DNA of 64,000 bases from a virus, in the IMG/VR virus record IMGVR_UViG_3300037418_001469, one strand, 5' to 3'. Below, piece after piece: positions 29,795-39,021 of the stretch. How positions within the stretch are numbered: position 1 is the first letter of the stretch; the number at the start of each line of letters is the position of its first letter. A program made the position numbers and the translations under genes. The notes under the pieces are model-generated. The model made no database searches. It was not told the DNA's origin and worked only from the letters and a program-made list of their open reading frames with translations.

Positions 29795-29868
29795 GGACCC
29801 TTAGTTTAATGGTAAAACTCTTGGCTCATAACCGAGGTTCGCTAGTTCGATTCTAGCAGGGTCCACCA
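29795..29868 (+). tRNA. tRNA-Ile2(CAU), encoded CCA
   Basis: GGACCCT/AGGGTCC-ACCA acceptor like Bacillus Ile2; CTCATAA loop. Confidence 0.85.
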
Positions 29869-29879
29869 AATATTATCAT

Positions 29880-29939
29880 GTCGGGTAGGTCAAACGATAC
29901 TAGTCACTCGTGAGGTGAGATTCCTCCCACTCGGCTCCA
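29880..29939 (+). ncRNA. Truncated tRNA-like RNA ending in CCA
   Basis: GTCGGGT/ACTCGGC-TCCA acceptor, GAGG TGAGATT CCTC T-like arm, no anticodon arm. Confidence 0.5.
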
Positions 29940-29945
29940 AATTAT

Positions 29946-30016
29946 GTGGAATTAGTATAGCGGTAATACATGTGCTTGCCAAGCATAAATCACGAGTTCG
30001 ACCCTCGTATTCCACA
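29946..30016 (+). tRNA. tRNA-Gly(GCC)
   Basis: Loop TTGCCAA, cloverleaf. Confidence 0.85.
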
Positions 30017-30025
30017 TCTTATTTT

Positions 30026-30097
30026 GCCCTCTTAATGTAAAGGATAACATGTGTGGTTTCTACCCACGAAATAGGGGTTCGACTCCTCTAGAGGGTG
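30026..30097 (+). tRNA. tRNA-Arg(UCU)
   Basis: TGTGG TTTCTAC CCACG. Confidence 0.85.
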
Positions 30098-30102
30098 TTT
30101 AT

Positions 30103-30194
30103 GGAGTGTTGGGTGAGTGGCTAAAACCATCAGTTTGCTAAACTGACGAGGGACAGAAATGCGACCTCCATCCGTTCGAATCGGATACGCTCCT
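30103..30194 (+). tRNA. tRNA-Ser(GCU)
   Basis: TCAGT TTGCTAA ACTGA; long variable arm. Confidence 0.9.
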
Positions 30195-30203
30195 TATCCA
30201 TAT

Positions 30204-30274
30204 GTGGTGTTAGTATAGTGGCAATACTCCTGTCTTCCAAACAGGCATCATCAGTTCAAATCTGATACACCACA
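30204..30274 (+). tRNA. tRNA-Gly(UCC)
   Basis: CCTGT CTTCCAA ACAGG. Confidence 0.9.
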
Positions 30275-30294
30275 CTTTTATTATGTCTAAACGT

Positions 30295-30370
30295 AGGGAA
30301 TTAGCGTATAGTGGTTAACGCCAGTTAGAGTTATCTCTAGAGTAAGAAGGTTCGATTCCTTCATTCCCCA
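30295..30370 (+). ncRNA. tRNA-like RNA with aberrant (4-6 nt) anticodon loop
   Basis: Good D and T arms; TAGAG TTAT CTCTA in place of an anticodon arm. Confidence 0.55.
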
Positions 30371-30378
30371 AAAACGTT

Positions 30379-30461
30379 ACGGTCAAGGTTTTATGCCTAC
30401 CTACTTAGTATTCTAGAAAAACTTTGCAAGGTGGTCGAAGGGTTCGATTCCTTTCAACCGT
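30379..30461 (+). ncRNA. T-arm RNA family B, copy 1
   Basis: TCAAGGTTTT.TGCCT...TATTCTAGA.AAACTTT...GGTCG.AGG(G)TTCGATTCCT. Confidence 0.6.
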
Positions 30462-30547
30462 TAAAACGTGAGTTATCTGAGGTGTCCATAAATCCTCACT
30501 CAGTCGGTAATTCTGTTGATGTAAGTCCAACAGAGGTTGCGACAAAC

Positions 30548-30634
30548 GTGCGTTCAAGGTTTTTGCCTGTCTTATTGGACTTATTCTAGATAAACTTTAA
30601 GATGGTCGGTAGGTTCGATTCCTACCAATCGTAC
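30548..30634 (+). ncRNA. T-arm RNA family B, copy 2
   Basis: Paralog of 30379-30461. Confidence 0.6.
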
Positions 30635-30796
30635 AAACGTGCAGAAAGTGTCACATATCTTTAAGGCATATTGCCACTAAGCCCATTAGTAGATATGTAT
30701 GGGAGACACTTAGCATCAACACACCAGTATACACAGCTTAGTCATAGCAACTGCCTTTACAGAATTTAAAAATATATTCTAAAGGAGAATGATAAA

Positions 30797-31084
30797 ATGT
30801 CTTATCCAATTATCTATGAAAAAACTATAGGAAGTCGCCCAACGGCAGTTCCATATCCTAATGATACTGTTGGACAAACAAATGCTATGAAACAAGCAGA
30901 AGATATTGCAAAAAAAGAGTTATTTGATTTATTGATTAACGAGGCTTTTACAGGTAGTAATAAGTTCGCAACCGATGTAACTTTAACAACTGAAATAGTT
31001 ACTGACCTAAATGGAAATAAAACTGTTAAATCTATTGCACAATCAAAAATCTTCAAACGAACAGACATTGTATATCCTGTTTAA
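30797..31084 (+). CDS. Hypothetical protein
   Basis: AAAGGAG RBS. Confidence 0.6.
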   Translation: MSYPIIYEKTIGSRPTAVPYPNDTVGQTNAMKQAEDIAKKELFDLLINEAFTGSNKFATDVTLTTEIVTDLNGNKTVKSIAQSKIFKRTDIVYPV

Positions 31085-31179
31085 TTAAATAAGGAGAAAG
31101 ATTCGTCTTTCTTCTAACGTGCATGGTTCACACAATCTCATTTTATCGTACCTCCGTGGGAGATTATTCTCCCTCTTAT

Positions 31180-31253
31180 GCGAGTTTAGTTTAAAGGCAG
31201 AACTAAGGTCTCCAAAACCTTCGGTAGGGGTTCGACTCCTCTAACTCGTGCCA
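31180..31253 (+). tRNA. tRNA-Trp(CCA), encoded CCA
   Basis: AAGGT CTCCAAA ACCTT. Confidence 0.9.
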
Positions 31254-31466
31254 ACGTGATTAACATAATACCAACTCCTTTTTTTACTAGGCTTAATTGC
31301 CTAGTATTTTTTTTGAATTTTTTTCTAGTTTGTCCTTGACTTTACCCTATTCTACCATTTATAATACAATTATAAGATAAAACGTAACCCAAATAACTCC
31401 TGATAAACAAGAGGACACACAGCCATGAGGCAGGACGTTTTATCAATAACGTAGGAGGTTGGTAGA

Positions 31467-32048
31467 ATGAAAAATTGCACTAAACACTTTTTGGAGCGTT
31501 GGACAGAAAGGATTGTCGGAATTAAAACTGACAAAGAAAGAAATGACTACATAACCAGTAACAGACAAATGATTATTGACCATGCCAATACAACTTTTGA
31601 ACATGCAGACTTTATCTACACTGGTCAGATTGGAAATAACACAGTAAAGAACTTCTACATTAAAGATGATATTATCTTTGTCGCTAATACCTCTAATGAT
31701 GCCCTTATCACTGTTTATAAGATTGACCTAGGCTTTACCCCTGAGTTGAATGTAACGGTTCGTAGAGGCTTACTAGAGGAGATTAGAAGGCTTACCGCTG
31801 AACACGAGGAAATCGAACTACAGGCTATGTTAGAGGTCGATAAAAAGTACGAAGAGGCAGATAAAATGGAAGACCAAATTAAAATCATGAAAGAGCAGTT
31901 GTTGCTAATGGAGAAACAAAGAGACTTTGTTAAACAAGAGGCTAACATGCTTAAGTCAAGGTCTTTAAATACTGGACTAGAGTTAAAGAAATTTACTACA
32001 ATGCTAGTAAACTCTAAAGAGTATAAAGACGACTTGAGGAATATATAA
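31467..32048 (+). CDS. Hypothetical protein: T.H..ERW.ER N-terminal domain plus coiled coil
   Basis: Own promoter 31336; AGGAGG RBS. Confidence 0.6.
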   Translation: MKNCTKHFLERWTERIVGIKTDKERNDYITSNRQMIIDHANTTFEHADFIYTGQIGNNTVKNFYIKDDIIFVANTSNDALITVYKIDLGFTPELNVTVRRGLLEEIRRLTAEHEEIELQAMLEVDKKYEEADKMEDQIKIMKEQLLLMEKQRDFVKQEANMLKSRSLNTGLELKKFTTMLVNSKEYKDDLRNI

Positions 32049-32578
32049 TGATACGCATTATCATAGCAGGTGGTAGACACTTTGATGACTATGAATTTTT
32101 GCGAGACAAGGTAAGCGACTTTATCCTTATGGAATTACCGAAAGAGTATTGGAAACCTGAGAATATAGAGATAGTATCAGGTGGTGCTAAGGGTGCTGAC
32201 TCCCTTGGTGAAAGATATGCCAAAGATACAGGTTGTAATATTAAGAGATTTATTCCTGATTGGAGTATCGGAAAGAAAGCAGGAATACTACGCAATCATG
32301 AAATGGGTGATTATGCTGATATACTTTTAGCCTTTCATGATGGAGAGTCAACAGGAACTAAAGATATGATTGATTATGCAATAAAGAAAGGTTTACTTGT
32401 AGAGGTGTTTACATATGAACCTGTCATATGGACTTATTTTAGCGAGGAACAAGGAAACGGTTTCGATGTATCGTTTACTGCTTTTTATAAACAACAAGTT
32501 AAAAAACATTCACGAGAGCCTGTAGGTAAGAAGATAAAGATAACTTATCAGGAGTACGAAAGAGGTGGAAAAAATTGA
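32048..32578 (+). CDS. SLOG/YspA-like (DUF2493-type) protein
   Basis: IIAGGR.F.DY, IVSGGAKGAD.LGE.YA, AG.LRN..M, S.GTKDM. Confidence 0.8.
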   Translation: MIRIIIAGGRHFDDYEFLRDKVSDFILMELPKEYWKPENIEIVSGGAKGADSLGERYAKDTGCNIKRFIPDWSIGKKAGILRNHEMGDYADILLAFHDGESTGTKDMIDYAIKKGLLVEVFTYEPVIWTYFSEEQGNGFDVSFTAFYKQQVKKHSREPVGKKIKITYQEYERGGKN

Positions 32579-32976
32579 ATAAGCCTACATTCATTGTGGA
32601 AGGTTGGAAAGATGCTTATCAGATTCAAGGAGCATTAGAAGGTCATGATTACGGTATTATTGTGACTGACGGTACTAAATTTAACAATGCATTAGCAATT
32701 AAGATTAATAAAACTATTGAAGAAGGATATACACCATATATCTTGTCTGACCCTGACGAGGCAGGAGACCATCTAGCTGTCATGATTAATCATCATTTTC
32801 CCGACATTGAAAGGATTAATGCTGATTATGAGCATTGTAAATACTGTAAGGACTTAAGAAAGAAAAAGTTCAAAGCAGGCATAGAATATAGTTCATATAA
32901 GTATTTGAAAAATCTTTTATATCCATATTTAGGATTAATATATGTTGACCCTAATAGACAGTGGCTTTATCTATAA
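32575..32976 (+). CDS. Toprim-domain protein, RNase M5-like
   Basis: IVEG.KD, ILSDPDEAG, GIEYSS. Confidence 0.7.
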   Translation: MNKPTFIVEGWKDAYQIQGALEGHDYGIIVTDGTKFNNALAIKINKTIEEGYTPYILSDPDEAGDHLAVMINHHFPDIERINADYEHCKYCKDLRKKKFKAGIEYSSYKYLKNLLYPYLGLIYVDPNRQWLYL

Positions 32977-33289
32977 TATAAGGAGTGTTGTTATTATGAC
33001 AATCAGAGAAAATGTAGAAAAAATTTTAGAATCGTTCCCCGCATCAAGAAATGACGATAAGAAGTTAATCTTAGAATATTGGAGAAAGTTTGACAATGTT
33101 TCGTTTGACAATATTGATAAGTTTGTAGGCAGTTTTATTTCAAAATCAACACCTACAGAATCTATCACTAGAGCAAGACGACTAATCCAAGAAGAAGGAA
33201 AATTCCTACCAACCGATGAATCTGTTATCGCTAGAAGATGGAAGAAATCAAAGATGGAAGATGCTATTAGGAATCGTGAAGTAGTGTGA
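32942..33289 (+). CDS. Hypothetical protein
   Basis: ESITRARR.IQ conserved-looking motif; true start probably ~32996. Confidence 0.55.
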   Translation: MLTLIDSGFIYNIRSVVIMTIRENVEKILESFPASRNDDKKLILEYWRKFDNVSFDNIDKFVGSFISKSTPTESITRARRLIQEEGKFLPTDESVIARRWKKSKMEDAIRNREVV

Positions 33290-33484
33290 AGAATAGTGTG
33301 ACATTGGTAATATTTATATTGTTCTATGTACTTGTCCCGATTGGAATAAGTTACATTTCACATATAGGATTTTGGTATTCGCTAGGATATACATTAATTA
33401 CCTACTTTTTAATAGGAACTTTACATGATTTTGTCCTTGACTATTGGCGAACCCGTAGGTTATAATTTAATTATAATATAAGGA

Positions 33485-33913
33485 GTGGTACTCATGAAAA
33501 AACTTAGAAAGAACTTTAAGAAAGCAGTTCTAATGTTTGTCATAGTATTTCTTCTTCTCCTAGAATTTCGTAATTTTAAACTAATAGATGCACTAGTGCA
33601 ACGAACTAACCAACAAACCAATTATACTCAGCAGTTGGAGCAAGAAGTTAGGCAACTAGAAACTGCAAACGCAAGACTAGAAAGCAACATCGCTTACCAA
33701 TATGACAAGATTCAAGAATTGAGTACTGTTAAACCTGAAATTAAGGTTAACTACATAACTAAGCAAGTTGAACATAAGCAAGAAGAACATAAGCAAGAGA
33801 AAGTACATATTGCTGATATGCTATTACCGAAGCAAGAAGATGTAACAACAGTAATAATTGGAACACTTGCTACTCTAGGTGGAATGGTAAAAACATTAGT
33901 TCCACAATTTTAA
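33485..33913 (+). CDS. Membrane-anchored coiled-coil protein
   Basis: N-terminal TM; own promoter. Confidence 0.6.
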   Translation: MVLMKKLRKNFKKAVLMFVIVFLLLLEFRNFKLIDALVQRTNQQTNYTQQLEQEVRQLETANARLESNIAYQYDKIQELSTVKPEIKVNYITKQVEHKQEEHKQEKVHIADMLLPKQEDVTTVIIGTLATLGGMVKTLVPQF

Positions 33914-33998
33914 AAGATTCTGATATTTGCCCTTGACTTTCCTCGGAAATCAAGTTATAATATAAATATAATACAAAAATACTTTATGAGGTGATATT

Positions 33999-34604
33999 AT
34001 GGAACACAACAAGTTAATGATTCAACTAGGAAACATGAACACAACAACGAAAGTAGACGAACTACTATACGCAGAGCAACTCGATAATCGTGAGTTATTC
34101 CTCGGTGAAGTAGTAGACGATGATATTATCCATGATGTTATTCATCATATTATTCGTTGGAATCGTGAAGACGCAGGCAAGCCAGTTGAAGAACGCAAGC
34201 CAGTTAAGTTATTTATTAACTCATATGGTGGAGATTTGGTAGCATGTAACTCAGCTATTGATACAATTAAGTTAAGCAAGACACCAGTTTATACATATAA
34301 CTTAGGTAAGGCATTCTCCGCAGGAGGATTACTACTAATGGCAGGTCATAAACGCTTTACATATGCTAATTCTGTAGTATTGATTCACCAAGGCTCGTCA
34401 GGTGCATCAGGAACAACCTCTCAGGTTATCGACCAAGTTGAGTTCCAAAAGCGTCAAGAAGAGCGAGTTAAGTCCTATATCTTAGGTGCTACAAAGATTA
34501 CACCTGAACAATATAAAGACAAGTTTAAGGAAGAATGGTTTTTCTTCGGTGACGAAAGCATTGAACTAGGTGTGGCTGACGAACTAATCACAGAATTACT
34601 ATAG
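33999..34604 (+). CDS. clpP: ClpP-like protease
   Basis: FINSYGG, AFSAG (Ser), LIHQG (His), ELGVADE. Confidence 0.85.
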   Translation: MEHNKLMIQLGNMNTTTKVDELLYAEQLDNRELFLGEVVDDDIIHDVIHHIIRWNREDAGKPVEERKPVKLFINSYGGDLVACNSAIDTIKLSKTPVYTYNLGKAFSAGGLLLMAGHKRFTYANSVVLIHQGSSGASGTTSQVIDQVEFQKRQEERVKSYILGATKITPEQYKDKFKEEWFFFGDESIELGVADELITELL

Positions 34605-34802
34605 ACAGAAGGGGACTATCCCCCTTTTGTAACGTGCAATAAAAAAACAAATCTATGGAGGTAGATATTATGATTAACTTTGAAGAACTATTATTGAAAA
34701 TTGTTGCAGAATTACCATTAAGTGAGTTTGAGAAAGCGTGTGAGAAGGCAGGTATCAATCAATATCTTAAAGAAGATATTTTAAACTTAATGGAAAGACG
34801 AG

Positions 34803-35099
34803 GTGTTTAATATGAACTTCACATATCTTGATAATGCATTCCAAGAAGACTCTAGAGCAGTAATGCTATATGCAATTAAGGATTACCAAAGCTCAATGTT
34901 TATAGAAGTAGGAACTACTGTTACTGTCTTAGATATTATGGTAGACCCTAATTTCCGCAGTGGATATTCAGCAGTAATCAAACTAAAAAATAGTGCCACA
35001 ACAGCAATTGTTGACAAAGATGTGCTTATGCCATATAAGGACTATGTTAAGCTTTATAACAAAGCATTAGAAACGGCTTTGTTGGAAGGAAGATTGTAA
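34803..35099 (+). CDS. Hypothetical protein
   Basis: ORF in operon. Confidence 0.55.
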   Translation: MFNMNFTYLDNAFQEDSRAVMLYAIKDYQSSMFIEVGTTVTVLDIMVDPNFRSGYSAVIKLKNSATTAIVDKDVLMPYKDYVKLYNKALETALLEGRL

Positions 35100-35413
35100 T
35101 GATTACTAGTGAGACTAGACGTATAGCTTATAAGAATATCTTAAAGAGTCTAGGTAATCGTCAATCGCAGGTATTCACTGAATTACTTTGCTTTCCGCAA
35201 GGTATTACAGCAAGCGAATTATCACATAAAATGCATAGTATTGGATTCTTTCGTTCACCTGAAAGAAATAATGTGCATCCTAGATTAAATGAAATGGTTG
35301 AACTAGGAATCGTAGAAGTCATCGGCAAAAGACAGTGTGCAGTTACGAATAAAACAGTAGCAGTATATAGAGCGACTAACGAAGTACTGGAAACCATTAT
35401 GGAGGTTATGTAA
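35099..35413 (+). CDS. Winged-HTH DNA-binding protein
   Basis: TASELS...PRLNEMVELGIV...KR.C.VT. Confidence 0.6.
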   Translation: MITSETRRIAYKNILKSLGNRQSQVFTELLCFPQGITASELSHKMHSIGFFRSPERNNVHPRLNEMVELGIVEVIGKRQCAVTNKTVAVYRATNEVLETIMEVM

Positions 35414-36334
35414 GTGGAACAATATTTACAACTTTGCAAACACATTCTTGATAATGGTGTTGTAAAAAGAGACAGGACAGGAACAGGAACTATTAGTACT
35501 TTTGGATACCAAATGAGGTTTGATTTGTCGGAAGGTTTTCCTTTAATGACAACAAAGAATATGAATGGTGTTAGATTAGATGGTATTATTCATGAGTTGC
35601 TTTGGTTCTTAGATGGAGATACAAATATTAGACCATTAGTTGATGAAGGAGTCAACATATGGAACTATGATGCTTACAGAGAATATTTGAAATTTGCAGG
35701 AAGTAACCCATTAACACTGGAAGAGTTCAAAGGAAAAATACTCCTAGATAGAGATTTTGCACAAGTATATGGAGACCTTGGACCTGTGTATGGTAGACAA
35801 TGGAGAAGTTGGCTAGTACATGATGAAATTGATACATCGTACAGCTACAGAGAAAAAGAAACTATTGACCAAATATCAGAGGTTGTCAAGCAAATTAAGA
35901 TAAATCCTGATAGTAGGCGACTAATCGTTAGTGCGTGGAATGTAGCAGACATACCTGATATGGCTTTACCACCATGCCATGTATTATTCCAGTTTTATGT
36001 TGCTAATGGAAAGCTATCTTGCCAATTATATCAACGCTCAGGAGATGTGTTCCTAGGTGTTCCATATAATATTGCAAGTTACGCATTATTAACACATATG
36101 ATTGCACAACAAACTGGTTTGGAGGTAGGAGAATTTATACATACTTTAGGTGACGCTCATGTGTATTCAAATCATATAGAACAGGTTAAGATACAGCTAT
36201 CAAGAGAGCCAAGAACACTACCTAAACTCATTATCAAACGAAAGCCTAATAGTATTTTTGAATATAAGCGTGAAGATTTTGAATTTGAAGACTACGACCC
36301 ACATCCTAGCATAAAAGGAAAAGTATCGTTCTGA
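35414..36334 (+). CDS. thyA: Thymidylate synthase
   Basis: DRTGTGT, ELLWF, LGPVYG.QWR, ALPPCH, YQRS.D.FLGVPYN. Confidence 0.97.
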   Translation: MEQYLQLCKHILDNGVVKRDRTGTGTISTFGYQMRFDLSEGFPLMTTKNMNGVRLDGIIHELLWFLDGDTNIRPLVDEGVNIWNYDAYREYLKFAGSNPLTLEEFKGKILLDRDFAQVYGDLGPVYGRQWRSWLVHDEIDTSYSYREKETIDQISEVVKQIKINPDSRRLIVSAWNVADIPDMALPPCHVLFQFYVANGKLSCQLYQRSGDVFLGVPYNIASYALLTHMIAQQTGLEVGEFIHTLGDAHVYSNHIEQVKIQLSREPRTLPKLIIKRKPNSIFEYKREDFEFEDYDPHPSIKGKVSF

Positions 36335-36822
36335 TGAAGATAATTTACACAAACAAAGGCAATAAGATTTTCGTTGATGATGATGTATATGAAGAACTTA
36401 ATCAGCATGTGTGGTGTTTAAATAATTATGGCTATGCGTATAGAAAGACTAAAGTAGACGAACCCTATTCGCAAAGTCACATATTAATGCACAGATATAT
36501 AGTAGGTGTTATTAATGACAGGTCGGTTGTGGTTGACCATGCCGACCACAATATATTGAACAATACGAGAGACAATCTTCGTATATGTAATCAATCAAAA
36601 AATGGCATGAATCAAAAGTTATCCACAAGGAATACAACTGGATTCAAAGGAGTTCATTATAGAAAAGATAGAGGAAAATACCAAGCCTATATCCAACACA
36701 AAGGAAAGAAGACTAATTTAGGAACATATGATACAGCAGAAGAGGCAGGTTTAGCTTACAATAGTAAAGCATTAGAACTATTCGGTGAGTTTGCCCTGCT
36801 GAATAATATAGAGGTGATATAA
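36334..36822 (+). CDS. HNH-AP2 homing endonuclease
   Basis: MHR, VDH....LNN.RDNLR, GFKGV, LGTY.TAEEA..AYN. Confidence 0.9.
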   Translation: MKIIYTNKGNKIFVDDDVYEELNQHVWCLNNYGYAYRKTKVDEPYSQSHILMHRYIVGVINDRSVVVDHADHNILNNTRDNLRICNQSKNGMNQKLSTRNTTGFKGVHYRKDRGKYQAYIQHKGKKTNLGTYDTAEEAGLAYNSKALELFGEFALLNNIEVI

Positions 36823-37304
36823 TGGCACTTAACATAATTGTATGTATGGATAAGAATAGAGGCATAGGAAAGAACAATTCTATGCCTTGGCATTTGCCCA
36901 AAGAATTAGCTTATTTCAAAGAAATTACAAAAGGTCATGTAGTCGTATTCGGCAGGAATACTTGGGAATCACTACCTAAGAAACCTCTACCTGACAGAAA
37001 AAATGCAGTATTTACTAGAGATTTAAAGTTTCATGTGCCTCAAGTGTGGGCATTTCATGAACTAGAAGATATCTTTTGGATTGAGAGAATGTACGGATAT
37101 AAAGAAGTCTTTATATGTGGTGGTGCAAATGTATACAAACAATTGCTACCACATGCAGATAGAATATTTCTTACAGTAATTGATGCAGAATTTGAATGTG
37201 ACACATTTTTCCCTGAGTTCAACCACGACGAATGGAATGTAGTTAGTTCAGAGGAAGATACTGATAATGGATATAGCTTTAAAAAATTAATCCTAGAAAA
37301 ATAA
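36822..37304 (+). CDS. dfrA: Dihydrofolate reductase
   Basis: GIGKNNSMPWHLP, GRNTWES, PLPDR.N, ICGGA, DTFFP. Confidence 0.95.
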   Translation: MALNIIVCMDKNRGIGKNNSMPWHLPKELAYFKEITKGHVVVFGRNTWESLPKKPLPDRKNAVFTRDLKFHVPQVWAFHELEDIFWIERMYGYKEVFICGGANVYKQLLPHADRIFLTVIDAEFECDTFFPEFNHDEWNVVSSEEDTDNGYSFKKLILEK

Positions 37305-37325
37305 AAAAAGAGTAGCCTTAATCGG

Positions 37326-37580
37326 CTACTTCTTCTTTGGTCTTAGGACTCCTTCTGTCCATTCATAACCTTCTGTCCACTTACCATCATTTTCTTCAAT
37401 TACTCTGTTTAATGTTTTAAATACATGTTGCTCTATTCTTTCTAATTCACCTTTAGATTGTTTGATAGTTAATCTTACTAGTTCACCGCTAAATTGCCAT
37501 CTATTCTCTTTCCACATTTTCCTATATTTGATGTATATTGGGTCAATGTATACTACATTATTGTCTTTGTTGTCTGCCAT
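37326..37580 (-). CDS. Hypothetical protein
   Basis: AAGGAG RBS; between terminator and promoter. Confidence 0.5.
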   Translation of the reverse strand: MADNKDNNVVYIDPIYIKYRKMWKENRWQFSGELVRLTIKQSKGELERIEQHVFKTLNRVIEENDGKWTEGYEWTEGVLRPKKK

Positions 37581-37748
37581 ATATATCACTCCTTACAACA
37601 ATTATAACATAGGAACGTATGTTTGTCAAGGTTGTCTAATGAGCAGAAGGACTCCACTATTATTATATCACGTTTTTTGATTTTTATTCCTTGACTTTTC
37701 GGGAATATTTTTTTATAATATAAGTATAAGATAAATGGAGGTGCGAGT

Positions 37749-38153
37749 ATGGTAAAAGAATTACTTGAAGTCGATTTTGAAGAAACTCGTTGGGGTGGAT
37801 ATGATACAATTGAACATTACAACAGAGGAGAATTAGAAACAAAGCTAAAACGATTATTCATAAATCCAAATCAAAACATCAGCTATCAGAGACATGAAAA
37901 ACGAGCAGAGGCATGGACTGTTCTAGATGGCTCAGGAGTTATCATTGTTGATGGAGAGGCTTTTTCTCTGACAATCGGTTGCTCAATAAGCATCCCTGTA
38001 GGCTCATGGCATGCTGTTCAGGCAGGCGAAAATGGTCTAGAGATAGTAGAGGTACAAGTAGGAACAAAGTGCTCAGAAGACGACATAGAGCGTCTGTATT
38101 ATGATTGGAACGACATTCTTGTTCATGTAGAGTTGGTGAATGACAATGACTAA
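37749..38153 (+). CDS. Cupin, mannose-6-phosphate isomerase type II C-terminal-like
   Basis: WG.Y, SYQRHEKRAE.W, EVQ.G...EDDI.R. Confidence 0.85.
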   Translation: MVKELLEVDFEETRWGGYDTIEHYNRGELETKLKRLFINPNQNISYQRHEKRAEAWTVLDGSGVIIVDGEAFSLTIGCSISIPVGSWHAVQAGENGLEIVEVQVGTKCSEDDIERLYYDWNDILVHVELVNDND

Positions 38154-38427
38154 ATATCGTAAAAAACCAGTTATTATTGAGGCTTTTAAATTTTATGTAG
38201 ACCCTATGCCTGATTGGTTTATGGATAAGGTGACATCTAATGACGTTATACTTTTTAACTGTAACTACAGTAGGTATGACCTTGACGAAGCTTATTGTGA
38301 AATTCACACTCTTGAAGGTGTTATGGTTGGTGAAGGTGGCGACTACATAATTAAAGGGATAGAAGGCGAAATATATCCTTGTAAATCCAATATCTTCAAG
38401 GCTACATACGAGAAGGTGGATGACTAA
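38140..38427 (+). CDS. Conserved small phage protein
   Basis: YRKKPV.IEA, TLEG, GDYIIKG..GE.YPCK..IF..TY. Confidence 0.7.
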   Translation: MTMTKYRKKPVIIEAFKFYVDPMPDWFMDKVTSNDVILFNCNYSRYDLDEAYCEIHTLEGVMVGEGGDYIIKGIEGEIYPCKSNIFKATYEKVDD

Positions 38428-39017
38428 TGGCTAGTCTTCACTTTCTCCACGCACCCATGAACGCAAGTAAGTCAGCACAGGCACTCATGGTAGCACATAA
38501 CTATGAGGAAAGAAATCTACAAGTTCTAACCATAAAGCCTACCCTAGATACTAGAGATGGTTCATACATAAAGTCACGAGCATTAAATATAGAAAGAAAA
38601 GTAGATGTTGCAGTTACCAAGGAAGATTCAATTATGACTGAATACATTAAGAGGAGATATGGCTCTATTGTTAGCCATCCCGCAGTAATTATCGTTGACG
38701 AGGCACAGTTCCTAACAGCTAGACAAGTTGACGAGTTAAGACAGATTGTAAATCACTTTGAAGTACCAGTAATGGCTTATGGATTAAGGACAGATGCTTT
38801 CACTAACCTATTTGAAGGTAGTAGAAGATTATTTGAAGTATCTGACCACTTCCAAGAGTTTAAAACTATCTGCCCATGTTGCGGTGGAAAAGCAATATTC
38901 AACATGCGTATAGGCGATGATGGAAAGCCTGTATTCGAAGGAAATCAAGAGCAACCAGGTCATAACTATCTACCTGTATGTAGTAAATATTATTATGAGT
39001 TGAAGGAGATTAAGTAA
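38427..39017 (+). CDS. tdk: Thymidine kinase
   Basis: MNASKS, IVDEAQFL, YGLRTD....FEGS, C..C Zn site. Confidence 0.92.
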   Translation: MASLHFLHAPMNASKSAQALMVAHNYEERNLQVLTIKPTLDTRDGSYIKSRALNIERKVDVAVTKEDSIMTEYIKRRYGSIVSHPAVIIVDEAQFLTARQVDELRQIVNHFEVPVMAYGLRTDAFTNLFEGSRRLFEVSDHFQEFKTICPCCGGKAIFNMRIGDDGKPVFEGNQEQPGHNYLPVCSKYYYELKEIK

Positions 39018-39021
39018 TTAA

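Noticed and set aside
30641-30755. Sixth ACAGCAA unit
   Set aside because: It has an AAGTGTC/GACACTT stem in reverse order and no ACAGCAA; structured but not the same family.
35414-36822. Group I intron in thyA
   Set aside because: thyA is uninterrupted; the HNH-AP2 gene is free-standing between thyA and DHFR.
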